Notes: generated from the sequence alone by a model not told the origin. A DNA stretch of 64,000 nucleotides from Eledone cirrhosa (GCA_964016885.1 OZ024741.1:339636001-339700000), one strand, 5' to 3'; positions 25,546 to 38,003 are shown, counted from the stretch's first letter. Numbers and translations are program-made.

Positions 25546-28025
25546 ACTTCTAAAGACGGATATTGCCGTTTGGCTGTGCGGAGGAAGTCCTCGCACAAAT
25601 CGTCCCTGTACTTCAGCCAAAGGGCTGAAAGGTTAGCTAAGCCACAATTGTGCAGCAAAAAGGCAAACAGTTCCCTTAATTTCTGTGGGGATTTCAACAG
25701 AGCACCATCGGCGAGGGTCGAGTCCCATTGGGAGTCATCTTCCAAGAGACCAAGGCTAAAGCAGGCTTCTCGAAAAGTGTTGCAAAGTTCCCTGTTTACT
25801 GTTTTTAAGTCAAAGAAACCTTGCGGCCCCTTGACCTCGTGCAGAAGAATGCGCAGGTGAAAGCACTCAGGTTGGGTTGGGGGAACCGTGTAGACTCTAC
25901 CGAGGCAGTTAGAAAATTTAACTCCCGGATGCGATTCAACTGCCTTACCAGTTTTTCGCCGTACCCAGCTATTGCGGCGCCAAGTGAAGTAGGACGGCAC
26001 CTGAGGGTAAATTAGAGTTCTCGCAAAAGCGTCTACGTGACAGAGCTTAAAGAAAGCGGTTAACGTGGTTTCTTTGGGGTTAGCCGCAACTTGAGCAGCA
26101 TTTGCGGCCGTAAAGTAAACCCGCTGTCCGTTCTCTAAGTGGACCGCCAGGTTTGTGATTTTGGGGTACCTTTCATGGATAGAAAAAACAAAAATTCGCC
26201 AAAACGCTTCGTTTGTACTTATGTACCGGGCCGATAGGTATTCACTGACCTCGTCCTGGTCGGACTGGAGGGCGAATGCGGCGGAATCGCAGCCCTTGTT
26301 GACATACTTGCAAACATATTTAATCGATTTAACTGAGCTACAGAATTCCACATTAATGTGGGCTTGGAACGTCGAAGTGAGAAGCGGACAATAGGGGACC
26401 ACCCATCGATTGTCGACTTGCTTGCCCCTTACAATGGCAGTAAAACCACCGTCTTCAGGCGACCGGCGCCTGTACAGGGGATAGCTGTCGTACCCTGTCT
26501 GGGTCTCTGAAACAAATTTCCTAGGGTACCTCTTACTACAGATCCCGTCTTTCTGACACGAATGGTTAGAACCCGGATAACAGGGTCCGTGTATCATGGA
26601 AGTCGTGACGACGTCGAAGAGTTCTTTGTCGGTGGCAGGTTTGGGGATCTCTGCGCAGATAAATTTGTCGATGTCGTTGGAGTTGATCTTGTTCTGCAGC
26701 CACAGTAACAGATGAATGTGAGGCAGGCCCCGTTTCTGCCATTCTACGGTGTACGTATGGCATCTAGCAGGGCCGAAGATGTTGGCTTTTGCACAACATG
26801 TCTTCATTTTCTGTATGTTCCATTCGAAAGCCCTCGCTATGAGGTCAAGGCGGTGGTGGTATGACTGCCCTGGAAGGAGTTCTCGGGTGATCTCATCCGC
26901 CTTCAGGTTGCACGTGAAGGTGATGAAGAGGTCAGGACGGCCGTAGGCCCGCACGTAGGTCATGGCGTCCGGAGTCCTCTCGTGCATGTACCGAGGTCCT
27001 CCAGTGAAGGTAGAAGGCAGGATGCAGACCTTGCCAATGTTTCGGGGATCCCCGTCGTTGGTCAAGCCGTCTCGCAGGTGTATGTAGCTTTCGCTACGCA
27101 GTTGCTGCTGGTGGGTTCGAATGAAGGCCAGTCGTTCTGACTCCATCTTTGCTGCCATATCCACCGCAAATTGGTTCAGTAGGTCCTGCGATCTGTGCAA
27201 ACTGTTGAAACAGTTTCTCCGAGGCATGAGTCGGTATGCGTAAATTTCCTTGCAGGACACGGTTTTGGCGGCAGCAACGGAGGGCTGGTTTGGCTGGCAG
27301 TGTGGAGTCTTGAAGTGGTAGCCGTCCTCGCCGCGGGGGAAAAGTAGAGGGTATTGGAGGCTGTCGTAGGATCGGTGTGTTTCGCGTATTCTGTGGAGGC
27401 CAGTTGCACGGTTGGATATGACGATATCCCGGGGGTTGTGCTGGTCTCCGTGAAGGACGACTGCCACCTCGTTGTACGCGGGCGCGTTGAATCGACGGGC
27501 GTGTTCTCCGGATGGTCTTTTGTCGGCATCAATGACAATGTTGAAGTTATGCAGGTCAGTAGTCTCCAAGGCGTACTTGAAGCTCTGCACGTAGCTGTTT
27601 TCGGAGTGTAGCATTTGCTGCAGCGCAAGGAGGACGTCTCTGTCCATGTTCTCTCTAGTGCCATCAGCTGGGATGATAGATGAGCGTATGTCAGCCTGCT
27701 TGTTGTAGTCAGCTATGAAGTAAATTTTCAGGAAGGCGGGTTGCGCTGACGGCGCAGGCTGTAGAGGACCGACATAGTGGTAAACCTGGCCCTGAACCTT
27801 AAAGGTTGGCATCCACCCGCTTTCTCGGACAATTTTGGCCCCGAACGAAGTCATCTGGAAGGCGCAGTTGTATTTCCTTATGTTGCCAAGGAAGTCTGTT
27901 GACGTAGAGGTCTCTCCGCTAAGAAGTTCTCGCAAAGGTTCTGGAGGGGCCGCCAAAGGAGGAAGTGAAACCTTCCCATTAGAGCAGCACAAGCCAGTGT
28001 CTCTTCGTGCGTTGTTTGTGTCCAA
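25512..28025 (-). CDS. Helitron Rep (HUH/Y2 endonuclease) segment of the RepHel pseudogene
   Basis: Motifs PDLFITFTCN, VEWQKRGLPHIHLLLW (HUH), IKYVCKYVNKG (YxxxY), YNCAFQMTSFG, YDSLQYPLLFPRGEDG. The frame is open upstream to ~28450. Confidence 0.93.
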   Translation of the reverse strand: MDTNNARRDTGLCCSNGKVSLPPLAAPPEPLRELLSGETSTSTDFLGNIRKYNCAFQMTSFGAKIVRESGWMPTFKVQGQVYHYVGPLQPAPSAQPAFLKIYFIADYNKQADIRSSIIPADGTRENMDRDVLLALQQMLHSENSYVQSFKYALETTDLHNFNIVIDADKRPSGEHARRFNAPAYNEVAVVLHGDQHNPRDIVISNRATGLHRIRETHRSYDSLQYPLLFPRGEDGYHFKTPHCQPNQPSVAAAKTVSCKEIYAYRLMPRRNCFNSLHRSQDLLNQFAVDMAAKMESERLAFIRTHQQQLRSESYIHLRDGLTNDGDPRNIGKVCILPSTFTGGPRYMHERTPDAMTYVRAYGRPDLFITFTCNLKADEITRELLPGQSYHHRLDLIARAFEWNIQKMKTCCAKANIFGPARCHTYTVEWQKRGLPHIHLLLWLQNKINSNDIDKFICAEIPKPATDKELFDVVTTSMIHGPCYPGSNHSCQKDGICSKRYPRKFVSETQTGYDSYPLYRRRSPEDGGFTAIVRGKQVDNRWVVPYCPLLTSTFQAHINVEFCSSVKSIKYVCKYVNKGCDSAAFALQSDQDEVSEYLSARYISTNEAFWRIFVFSIHERYPKITNLAVHLENGQRVYFTAANAAQVAANPKETTLTAFFKLCHVDAFARTLIYPQVPSYFTWRRNSWVRRKTGKAVESHPGVKFSNCLGRVYTVPPTQPECFHLRILLHEVKGPQGFFDLKTVNRELCNTFREACFSLGLLEDDSQWDSTLADGALLKSPQKLRELFAFLLHNCGLANLSALWLKYRDDLCEDFLRTAKRQYPSLEVGSPKSFTTKG

Positions 28026-29644
28026 CCGAGCACGGCGGGCTGTTTGATGTTCTGCGGCACGGGAAGCGGCGGTAGATACAGCGTTCTGGGACCTTCGGAT
28101 GGCTGTCTCCTGGTCGGTTTCTGCGGCACGGGAGGCGGCGGTTGAAGCAGCGTTCTTTGACCGTCTGGTGGCTGTTTGCTGTTTAGTTTCGGAGGCCCTT
28201 GCAGCAGCAGTAGTTGCAGCATTCCTAGCCCTACAAAGAGCTCTTTGGCTGTCACTCTCTGCTGCCCTAGAGGCGGCTGTTGCAACTGCATTCCGACAAT
28301 TACGAATGGCACGATTCGAAGCGGTAACCGTAGATAGAGAGGCGCTGGGTTGGGCTGTGCTAGGGGTACTTAAGTTTGAAAGCGAAGTAACAGGGGTTTG
28401 TGGCCAAAAATGCAGCCCGGCATCTTTTTTGAAACAACAGACGATGTTTTCCTACGGCTAAGGGTACTCTTTCTTTTCAGTGGCATGGTTGCAATAGTAC
28501 AGTAAACAGTAAAGGGGAAGCAGGTTTAGAGCAAAGGCAAAAAAGCGAAGGTGATAAGCAGTATTTTGGGGAAGGTGAAAAAAAGTGACAAATTGTTACA
28601 ATTTTAAGCAAGAAAAAAGTAAACAGAAACCGTACTGGGAATGGCAAAGTCCGAAAGCGAGGTCACAAAATGTAATGCAGTGAGAGTGAAGCACACGTCT
28701 ACACAGTAGCCTAACCAAGTAGCAAGTGTAGCGTTTGAAAACCAAAGCTTTGCAGGCCACTCAAATCAACGATAAGAGTCTGCAGAATTTTTTGATAGCA
28801 GTCTTGCCAAAACAGAATAAAAGCTGCCACCTCCAGCCGCCCAGGAAATTTTTTTTTGATTCAAGGCGAAAATTTGTCCACTTCTCGACCGAAAGAAAGC
28901 AAAAACTGACTCAACTGGTGCCAGGTGGTCAGAACTGGCAGGAACTGGTTTGTGTCACGTGAAGCTGTAACTATAGCAACAGTGGTTCCCTCGGTCTCGA
29001 AGACCAAAGTAAGTGGAGAGGGGAAGGTAATGTTACTGTAACACCAACAACGTCTCTCACTATATTCCTCGCTCAATAAAGAAGGAGGAGGGGGAAGGTA
29101 ATGTTACTATAGCAACAGTGGTTCGCTCACTGACCAAAGTGGAGAGGGGAATGTAATATTTCTGTGACACCCAAAACTTCTCTCTCTATCTTCCTCTCTC
29201 TCTCTCTCTCTAAAGAAGGGGGAAGGGGAAGGTAATGTTACTATAAGACCTGTTATTCCAGTCTCTCTATATACGAAGTGGAGATTCGACCTCGAGCTTC
29301 ATTCTCGACCGAATTTCGAAATGATTCGAGCACGTCAACAAAATTTAGACTCTTTTCTACCCATATTAGCAAAAAACCGGGTCAAAAAACTCAAAAGGAA
29401 AATTTTTTCACGCGTGCATAAAATGCAACCTCATCTTCCGATTTCACCCAAAATAGACAAAAAGGTGGATTGCGGGCCCCTGGGGGGGGGGGGAACCTAT
29501 CAAAAAACAAAGGAGCCTAAGCAATGTAAAGGGTCATGAGGAGTGATGTATGCAAATTCGGGCGAGCGGTGTAGACGCCAACCTCGAATAATGTAGCATC
29601 TACACACACACACAAACACACATCCTCTGTTTTATATATATAGA

Positions 29645-29871
29645 TTATATAAAGAAAACGAAAAATCAGTGATGCATCTGGACTTAGTTTATTTCATTTC
29701 GTGTTACAAATTTTTCGCCGGCTCGAGTCATGGTCCTTGTATGGATCTGGCTGATTCATACAAGGTCCATACAAGGACCATACAAGCACCATGATTCGAC
29801 CTACATGCCGGCGAAACATTTGTAACACGAAATAAACTAAGTCCAGATGCATCACTGATTTTTCGTTTTCT

Positions 29872-29878
<7 letters not shown>
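29645..29878. repeat. Fold-back inverted repeat abutting (TA)n, immediately outside the Helitron 5' end
   Basis: AAAGAAAACGAAAAATCAGTGATGCATCTGGACTTAG...TTTCGCCGGC versus GCCGGCGAAAC...CTAAGTCCAGATGCATCACTGATTTTTCGTTTTCTTT. Internal imperfect hairpin; AATAAA in the right arm. Confidence 0.9.
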
Positions 29879-29937
<59 letters not shown>

Positions 29938-30147
29938 TGAAAATTGCAAACTTGACTGTCACCACATATTATGTACCTGAAGATTGCGAAAGCATGAAAG
30001 TACGTGTTCAATTAACACTTAGAATTTAATATTCTATCATACTATTTCATTATAATACCATTATAAATTTTAAAGGATTGTAAATAAAACGAGTAAATCA
30101 GACAAAGTTGGAATTCCTCTTATTAATATATTAATATATATACATAC

Positions 30148-30465
30148 ATGGCTTAGTGGTTAGAGAAATCGTAAGGTTGAGAGTTCGATTCTCGGACCGG
30201 GTGATACATTGTGTCCTTGAGCAAGACACTTTATTTCACGTTACTCCAATTCACTCAGTTGTAGAAGTGAGTTGCAACGTCACTAGTGTCATTCTATACC
30301 GGCCATTGACTTTACCTTGGATAATATCGGTGGCGTGGAGAGGGGAGGCTGTATGCATGGGCGGCTACTGGTCTTCTACGAACAACCTTGCCCAGACTTG
30401 TGTCTCAGAGAAACTTTCTAGGTGCAAATCCCATGGTCATTCGTCACCGAAAGGGGTCCTAACCC
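30148..30465 (+). mobile_element. tRNA-derived SINE family B (CORE-like domain)
   Basis: TGGCTTAGTGGTTAGAG A box, GAGTTCGATTC B box, TGTGTCCTTGAGCAAGACACTT core. Confidence 0.82.
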
Positions 30466-30709
30466 TGAAAGGGAGGAAGAAGGAAAACAAGAAAAGGACG
30501 ATAACAAGAAAAGAATGAAAGTAGGGGTCTACGTGGTTTCGGGTTAGATCTCATAGGACTGTACCCTGGATATGTGTGCTGTGGGACTGGCCTGAACTAA
30601 ACAGCGAAACAGTAATAAAAATAACTACAACAAACAACAACAACCAGCAGCAACAGAAAAGAAAAACAAGAGCAACATGAACAACAGGAAGAAAAATAAC
30701 AAGATTAGA

Positions 30710-31230
30710 CATAACCACCCCACACCACCACTCTTTCACCGCCACCACCACCACTATTACAACCACCACTGTTACAACCACCACACACCACCACTACCAC
30801 AACCACAATATATATATCAGCGTCCCCACCACCACCACCACCATCAAAGCCACCACAAACACAGCAATCACCAACATAGCCATCACCACTACAGTCACGA
30901 AAACCACCACCACCACTACCGCCACCACCACCACCACAACCACCACCATTACCACCATCACCACCACCACCACCACCACCACCACCACCATCATCACCAC
31001 CACCACCACCCCAACCATCACACCCACCGCCACCACCACCACAGCCACTACCATCACAAACACCACCAACACAATCATCACCACTAGAGCCACTAAAACC
31101 ATCACCACCACCACCACAGACACCAACACCACAGCCATCACCAACACAACCATCACCACTACAGCCACCAAAACCATCACCAACACCACCATCACCACTA
31201 CCACTACCACCACCGCTACCATCAACCAAC
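30710..31230. repeat. Degenerate (CCA)n tract
   Basis: Directly visible. Confidence 0.9.
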
Positions 31231-31633
31231 AACAAGAAAAACAACATTAACAATTTTGGCCCTAAGGCTATAAACATCTCCTATCCTTGCTATTCAAGAT
31301 GAACAGCTTTTGAACACTAATCCCAGTTTTATTTCTACCAATCATTAAAACGAAAATGTCTTTAGAAAAATAACATTTTTCTGAATGTGAGTTCGCAAGA
31401 ATTACAAGAATACAAGAATTCAAGAATTACAAGAGAAGATTCTAAGAAAGATTATAAAGTTGGCCATTAAAACAGAAAGAAATAAAAAAAAAAACAATGG
31501 AAAAGGAACAGAAAAGGAAGAAAGGAGGTAGGGAGGGGAGGAAGAAAGCCATTAATGGCGGATTAAAGATTATATGAACTTACAAATAACCTGCCATATC
31601 AGGTAGCGATTTTGTTGTACAGGTAGATAGAGG

Positions 31634-33213
31634 GTGGTGTTGGTGGGGGTTGCTGTTCAGGTATATACAGATGTGATGATGATGATGGTTGTGGTGGTGG
31701 TGCTAGTGGTGGTGGTGGTAGTGGTGCCGGTGGTGCTGGTGGTGGTGGTAGTGGTGGTGGTGGTGGTGGTGGTGGTGGTGGTGGTGGTAGTGGTAGTGGT
31801 GCCGGTGGTGGTAGTGGTGCAGGTGGTGGTGGTACTGGTGGTTGTGGTGGTACTTGTGGTTGTGGTGGTGGTGGTCGTGGTAGTGGTGCCGGTGGTGGTA
31901 GTGGTGGTGGTGGTGCTGGCGGTGGTAGCGGTGGTGGTGGTGGTACTGGTGGTGGTAGTGGTGCTGGTGGTAGTGGTGGTGGTAGTGGTGGTGGTGGTGG
32001 TGGTTGTGGTGGTGGTGCCGGTGGTAGTGGTGGTGGTACTGGTGGTGGTAGTGGTGCCGGTGGTAGTGGTGGTGGTAGTGGTGGTACTTGTGGTTGTGGT
32101 GGTGGTGGTCGTGGTAGTGGTGCCGGTGGTGGTAGTGGTGGTGGTGGTGCTGGTGGTGGTAGCGGTGGTGGTGGTGGTACTGGTGGTGGTAGTGGTGCCG
32201 GTGGTAGTGGTGGTGGTAGTGGTGGTGGTGGTGGTTGTGGTGGTGGTGTCGGTGGTAGTGGTGGTGGTACTGGTGGTGGTAGTGGTGCCGGTGGTAGTGG
32301 TGGTGGTAGTGGTGGTGGCGGTGGTTGTGGTGGTGGTGGTCGTGGTAGTGGTGCCGGTGGTGGTAGTGGTGGTGGTGGTGCTGGTGCTGGTAGCGGTGGT
32401 GGTGGTGATACTGGTGGTGGTGGTGGTTGTGGTTGTGGTGGTGGTGGTCGTGGTAGTGGTGCCGGTGGTGGTAGTGGTGGTGGTGGTGCTGGTGCTGGTA
32501 GCGGTGGTGGTGGTTGTGGTGGTGGTAGTAGCGGTAGTGGTGTCGGTGGTGGTGGTGGTACTGGTGGTTGTGGTGGTACTGGTGGTGGTAGTGGTGCCGG
32601 TGGTAGTGGTGGCGGTGGTGGTGGTGGTGGTCTTGGTAATGGTTGTGTTGGTATTGGTGTTGGTGGAGGTTACTGTTCAGGTAGATACAGATGTGATGGT
32701 GGTGGTGTTGGTGCTGGCGGTGGCATTGGTGATGATGATGATGATGGTGGTGGGCGTGTTGGAGAAGGAGGTGGTGGTGGCGGTGGAGGTGGTGGTGGTA
32801 GTGGTGTTGGTGGTGGTGGTGCTGACCTTGGCGATAATGATGATGGTGGTGGTGTGGTGGTAGTAGTGGTAGGCTAGTCGTAGTGGTGGTGTGGTAATGG
32901 TAGGGGTGATGGACTTGGTGATGGTGATGATAATGGTGGAGGTGGTGGTGTTGGTGGAGGTTACTGTTCATGTAGATACGGGTGAGGTGGTGGCGGTTAT
33001 GATGGTGGCGATGGTGGTGGTGATGGTGTGGGTGTGTTTTCTGGAGGTGGGGGAATGGGGAAATTCCTTCTTCTTGTTGAAGAGTTTTCCCTGTTGGAAA
33101 AATAGGACTTGCATGGAGCTGAAAGTGCGTTTGTATACGTGTATGTGTGTGTTTGTGCCTCTGTATGAGTGTCTGTGTGTATGTGTGTGTGTGTGTGTTT
33201 TTGTGTCTCTGTA

Positions 33214-33247
<34 letters not shown>

Positions 33248-33301
33248 TGTCTCTGTATGCGTGCCTGTGTGTGTGTGTGTTTGTGTCTCTGTATACGTGT
33301 C

Positions 33302-33334
<33 letters not shown>

Positions 33335-33387
33335 TTGTGTCTCTGTATGCGTGCCTGTGTGTGTGTGTGTTTGTGTCTCTGTATACA

Positions 33388-33423
<36 letters not shown>

Positions 33424-33715
33424 TGTCTCTGTATGAGTGTCTGTGTGTGTGTGTGTGTTTGTGTCTCTGTATGCCTGTCTGTGTGTGTGTGTGTGTGTGC
33501 GTTTGTGTCTCTGTTTGAGTGTCGGTGTATGTGGGTTTGTGTGTTTGTGTCTGTATGCGTGTCTGTGTGTGTGTGTGTTAGTTTGTTTGCGTGTGTTTGT
33601 GTGTGTGTGTGTGTGTTTGTGTGTGCGTGTGTGTGTGTGCGTGTGTGTGTGTGTGCGTGTGTGTCTGTATGCGTGTCTGCGTCTGTGTGTGTTTGTTTGT
33701 TTGTTTGTGTGTGAG
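31634..33715. repeat. Degenerate (GGT)n array with higher-order units (31634-33020), then (GT)n array (33135-33715)
   Basis: Directly visible; the poly-V and poly-H ORFs are artefacts. Confidence 0.92.
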
Positions 33716-33832
33716 TGAAATTTACAGCTTACAGCTATGCAGGTTTAGCTGGCCTCCAATGGCGATATAACACATAGGAGGCTTCTCGGATGCTTGAATG
33801 AGAAGACTCTTTAGCCCCTATCATGTTGTTGT

Positions 33833-34020
33833 TGGTGAATTGGCAGTATCGGTAGAGGATCGGACGCCATGCTTTGCAGCATAGACTTACGGTCCTTTAT
33901 GATCTGAGTTCAAATCCCGCCGAGGTTAATTTTGCCTTTCATCTTTACGAGATCGATAAAATAAAGTACCAGTAATACACTGCGGGTAATTGCTGGCCTT
34001 GTGCCAAAAGTAGAAACAGG
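33833..34020 (+). mobile_element. SINE family A copy (short form)
   Basis: TTGGCAGTATCGGTAGAGG...GAGTTCAAATCCCGCCGAGG...GTGCCAAAAGTAGAAAC. Confidence 0.88.
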
Positions 34021-34069
34021 TATTGTTACAGGTGACACAGGTCTCAAATGTTTTGTAAAGAAATGTAGA

Positions 34070-34172
34070 ATGAAGTGTTTTGCTCAAGAACACAATGCGC
34101 CGCCCAGACCAGGAATCTAACCCCCAACCTTTTGATTATCAGTTCAACACCCTAGCTACAAAGCCAGACACC
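34070..34172 (-). mobile_element. SINE family B fragment
   Basis: AAGTGTTTTGCTCAAGAACACAA is the reverse complement of the family B core. Confidence 0.65.
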
Positions 34173-34420
34173 TTCACTAATGGGAGTGAATCAGTACAAA
34201 CGACTATACTGCCCCCTTCATCTTCAATCATTTGTGGTCAGGAGCAACGATTGACATCGTTGATATTCATAGGCGTTAATAAATTCGAATTAATAGGTTT
34301 AAATTTAGTTTTCCAGAGCCTCTAATAATATATAGATTGGCCGATAATACATTTCCAATCAGTGTCTTTCGATAATCACCTCACACGCAAATTATCGATT
34401 TAGAGCAACATAAATAAGAA

Positions 34421-34495
34421 GGTGCACGGCTTAATGGTTAAGTTGCTGTGCTCACAATTCTAAGTTTGTAAGTTCGATTCCAGCAACGGAATCCG
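34421..34495 (+). mobile_element. SINE family B head fragment
   Basis: GGCTTAATGGTTAAG and AGTTCGATTCC boxes. Confidence 0.5.
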
Positions 34496-34560
34496 CCTCC
34501 TCTATCACCACGAAATATATATATATATATAAATACATACATATATATATATATATATAA

Positions 34561-34651
<91 letters not shown>

Positions 34652-34903
34652 AAAGTTCTATTTAAATTGTTGGGATACAACAATCAAATATTTTTATAAC
34701 TGATATAAAGTACTCAACAAGTAATTGGGAACTTCCAACAGTAATGGTTGCATTTTTTAAGGGTATGTCAATATTTATTTATAAAACTGATCTATATTAT
34801 ATTTTGTCTGATAAAAGCACACCATAATTTAACTTGGTGTCCTTGAAATATGTATAATGAAATAAACATGGTTTTATAAATATAGTTTCCATTTGTTAAT
34901 ATC

Positions 34904-34993
<90 letters not shown>

Positions 34994-34994
34994 G

Positions 34995-35610
34995 TCGGAT
35001 CAGTCTTGAGTGCTACTGGTAACATGTAACCCAGTACAACCTGTCGCATGGTCGGGTCGTCGGCGACTAAATCGGCAACGCCACCAAGTTTACTTGGTGA
35101 GGAGGGGGATTTTGGACACCCGGCAGGAAAAAAACAAAACCTGACAAAAGGCGGAAGAACTCATAAGGGTCGACGGCCATCCCAAAGTGTGTAAATATGT
35201 ATAAACACATGTACATATGTATGTATATGTACATGTGTATATACATGGGTGCATGTGTATGCATATGCGCGGGGACATAGAAATAGTCGGGTTGGACACC
35301 CAATCGCGCGGTTAAACCACTGTGAGTGAAGTACCCCTAGCCCTTGTAAAGGCATTCTTCTGGGAGAAGGCAACTCAGGAAACTGGGATAACTCCGATAT
35401 AAAACCTGCGGCTCAGTAGTTACCGATGATGTTGATATTTTCTTCTTTTCGGGTTATAGCTACTGTCACTCAGAGAGTGGGATTGGCTCAGTGCACAGTC
35501 TTTCCTCACTTTAAAAAAATATCTTCACGCACAAGCATTGCACGATAGAATTAATTAATAATGGTATATCGTGCAATGTCCATACTCGATAACGAAGGGG
35601 CAGCCATCAT
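34995..35610 (+). mobile_element. Interspersed repeat family C, second copy (interrupted by a microsatellite at ~35190-35265)
   Basis: Aligns with 21144-21722. Confidence 0.7.
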
Positions 35611-35681
35611 ATATATATATATATATACATACATATATACATATATATATATATACACACTCACACACACACACACATATT

Positions 35682-35738
<57 letters not shown>

Positions 35739-35744
35739 CTCAGT

Positions 35745-36197
35745 CTTAACTATCTTCGATTCGGTTTTCGTGCCAATCTTTACCCATGGTCATGAATATT
35801 GGCTAATGACCGAATATAAGCGGCCGAAATGGGATTCTTCCGAAGGATCTTTGGAGTAACGTTACTCGATAAAGTGCGTAGTTCAGAGATCAGAGAGTCA
35901 CTCTAGGTAGGCCCGGTATTGCTCCGAGTTGATAGATCACGGCTCCGATAATATAGGCATGTGGTTAGAATGTCTTAGGAAAGAATCGCTGGACAGATTT
36001 TACAGGCGAAACCAACAGGGAGGAGACCCAAGGTAGACCCTGAGCAAGATGGTTGGATAAAACCCATGAGCTTGGCTAGTCTGGCTTGAGGAACCAGCCG
36101 GATCAGTTGGAGACGGTTGCTTCTGACAGGACCTACTGGAAGTAGAGGCCCCACGATGTCTCTCAGCAAAAAGTGGGCGAAGAAGAAGAGAAGAAGA
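35745..36197 (+). mobile_element. 3' fragment of an RTE-clade LINE (RT C-terminal region) with (GAA)n tail
   Basis: Translates ..FVPIFTHGHEYWLMTE..AAEMGFFRRIFGVTLLDKVRSSEIRESL..LLRVDRSRLR*YRHVVRM..AKPTGRRPK.., typical of RTE/Rex3; tail GAAGAAGAAG at ~36179. Confidence 0.85.
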
Positions 36198-36640
36198 TAT
36201 ATATGCGTGTGTGCGTATATAGAATATACATGTGTGTATATATTGTTTATTGTAATAAAGTAGAAACGCAACATGTATATTTATGGCTAAAGATTCGTTG
36301 TTTGTTTTGACAAAGCTTCATCTGACTTACATAACTTTTTAATCAACCAACATTAAAATAAATATTTCTGTTCCAGGATTACAGCAAAACAATATAAACC
36401 ATATTACAAATAAACAACACACACTATGTTACAGTACACACTATATTTTATTAAATGCAGTAAATTAAATCGTAACTGAAGTATTTCTTGTCAATTTATC
36501 AAAATATATATTTTTCTAGTTTTTATATATCCATGTCTGCCTTTCTACCTCTGCCTGTAACTATATCAACATCCCTCTTGCTCTTTCTCTCTCTCCTCTC
36601 ACACTCTCTATATGTATGTACTTATATGCATCTGTTTACC

Positions 36641-36707
<67 letters not shown>

Positions 36708-37101
36708 CGAGGCCAATCCCAAAAGTAAGGTCTCCTTCCGATATTGCAACTTTTCCGTTAAAATCCTATGGATGGTTCTTCGGGAAACCTCAGGAACCAA
36801 AATGCAGAGAGCATCCAGGGTGATCCGCCGATCTTTACGCATGTTTTCCTCGGAAGGAGACCTTCCTTTTGGGATTGCCCTCGTATATAATAACTGCGTG
36901 AAATTCGCACTTGGCGGTAGCGTTCAACAGGAGCTCCATTCTTAACAGCTGCCAAGCCAAGATTGAGCATCCCAACGAAGCGCACGCATGCTTATTTGGG
37001 AGTGAAGGAAGCACCAATCACAACAGTGTTGTCAACAGCTGTACGAACAGTTTCTCTGCGTCCCCATCGCTTTGGAGACCTTACTTTTGAGATTACCCTC
37101 G
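36708..37101 (-). mobile_element. Mariner-derived composite: 176 bp MITE (36708-36883) plus adjacent 5' end of the same family (36890-37101)
   Basis: TIR TA|CGAGG(G/C)CAATCCCAAAAG(T/G)AAGGTCTCC at 36708 and 36883, with a third copy at 37101. Minus-strand peptides RKDRRITLDAL...VSRRTIHRILTEKLQYRK and MELLLNATAKCEFHAVI resemble mariner transposase. Confidence 0.85.
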
Positions 37102-37161
37102 TATATATATATTCCTATATATAAATAAATAAATATATATATATATGTATATATATGTATA

Positions 37162-37278
<117 letters not shown>

Positions 37279-37342
37279 TATCTGTCTATACATACACCTA
37301 TGTAACAAGACAGGAACGCTATCTGTAAGATAGCGAGTTCGT

Positions 37343-37382
<40 letters not shown>

Positions 37383-37501
37383 GGTGTCTGTGGCTGCTGT
37401 TTTTGAAAAGTTTAAATAAACACTGAACAAAACAATCATTTGTGTATATGTTTGTGTGAACAAGGAAGCGAGAGGGGGGTATAGAAAGAGTAGTATGAGG
37501 G

Positions 37502-37543
<42 letters not shown>

Positions 37544-37827
37544 GAGAGAGAGTGTGGGAGAAAGAGATTGCGTGTGAGTGATAAAGAGGGGAGATAGAGA
37601 GAGAAGTACTGTAAGCAATCAGAATTGATTGAATAACTGTCAATAGTGTTTGTGAAAGAAAGAAATGTCCATTGAAGACTTTAGTTGGCCAATATCCAGA
37701 GAGGAATCATTGTTACTGCTTACAGAAAAGGTGGTGGGCAAGAAGAAAGAGTGGGGAAAGGGTGAATGTGGAATTATCTATACTTATGTGTGTGTGTGTG
37801 TGTATGTACGCGTGATTGTCTGTCGGT

Positions 37828-37866
<39 letters not shown>

Positions 37867-37915
37867 GTCTCTTTTTCTTTCTCCCACACACACTCTCTCT
37901 CTCTCTCTCTCTCTT

Positions 37916-38003
<88 letters not shown>

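Larger units (their letters stand above)
23982..28486 (-). pseudogene. Helitron RepHel transposase (HUH Rep + PIF1/SF1 helicase), disrupted
   Basis: ATG at 28486 (MPLKRKSTLSRRK), frameshift ~28420, AAET-type N-terminal repeats, Rep domain, frameshift ~25540, helicase, stop at 24508-24510, further frameshifts, C-terminus ...HGQLYVACSRVG...TRNIVYKEVL* ending at 23982. Confidence 0.92.
23254..29644 (-). mobile_element. Helitron (rolling-circle transposon), ~6.4 kb, with both termini
   Basis: Minus strand begins A|TCTATATATATAAAACAGAGG at 29644 and ends with hairpin ACCCGG-GCAACG-CCGGGT followed by CATTCAG-CTAG|T at 23254. Inserted in an AT dinucleotide with no TSD; encodes Rep-helicase. Confidence 0.93.

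Noticed and set aside
25512-25620. Programmed frameshift between Rep and helicase
   Set aside because: The gene has other disabling lesions and no clear slippery site; simple decay or sequence error is more likely.
24704-28461. Plus-strand ORFs overlapping the Helitron
   Set aside because: Antisense shadows of the RepHel frame.
30148-30210. Possible tRNA genes here and at 13898, 38925, 39575 and 45085
   Set aside because: A/B boxes are present but there is no clear cloverleaf; they are tRNA-derived repeat heads.
31634-33718. 409-561 aa poly-V and poly-H ORFs
   Set aside because: Artefacts of (GGT)n and (GT)n microsatellites.
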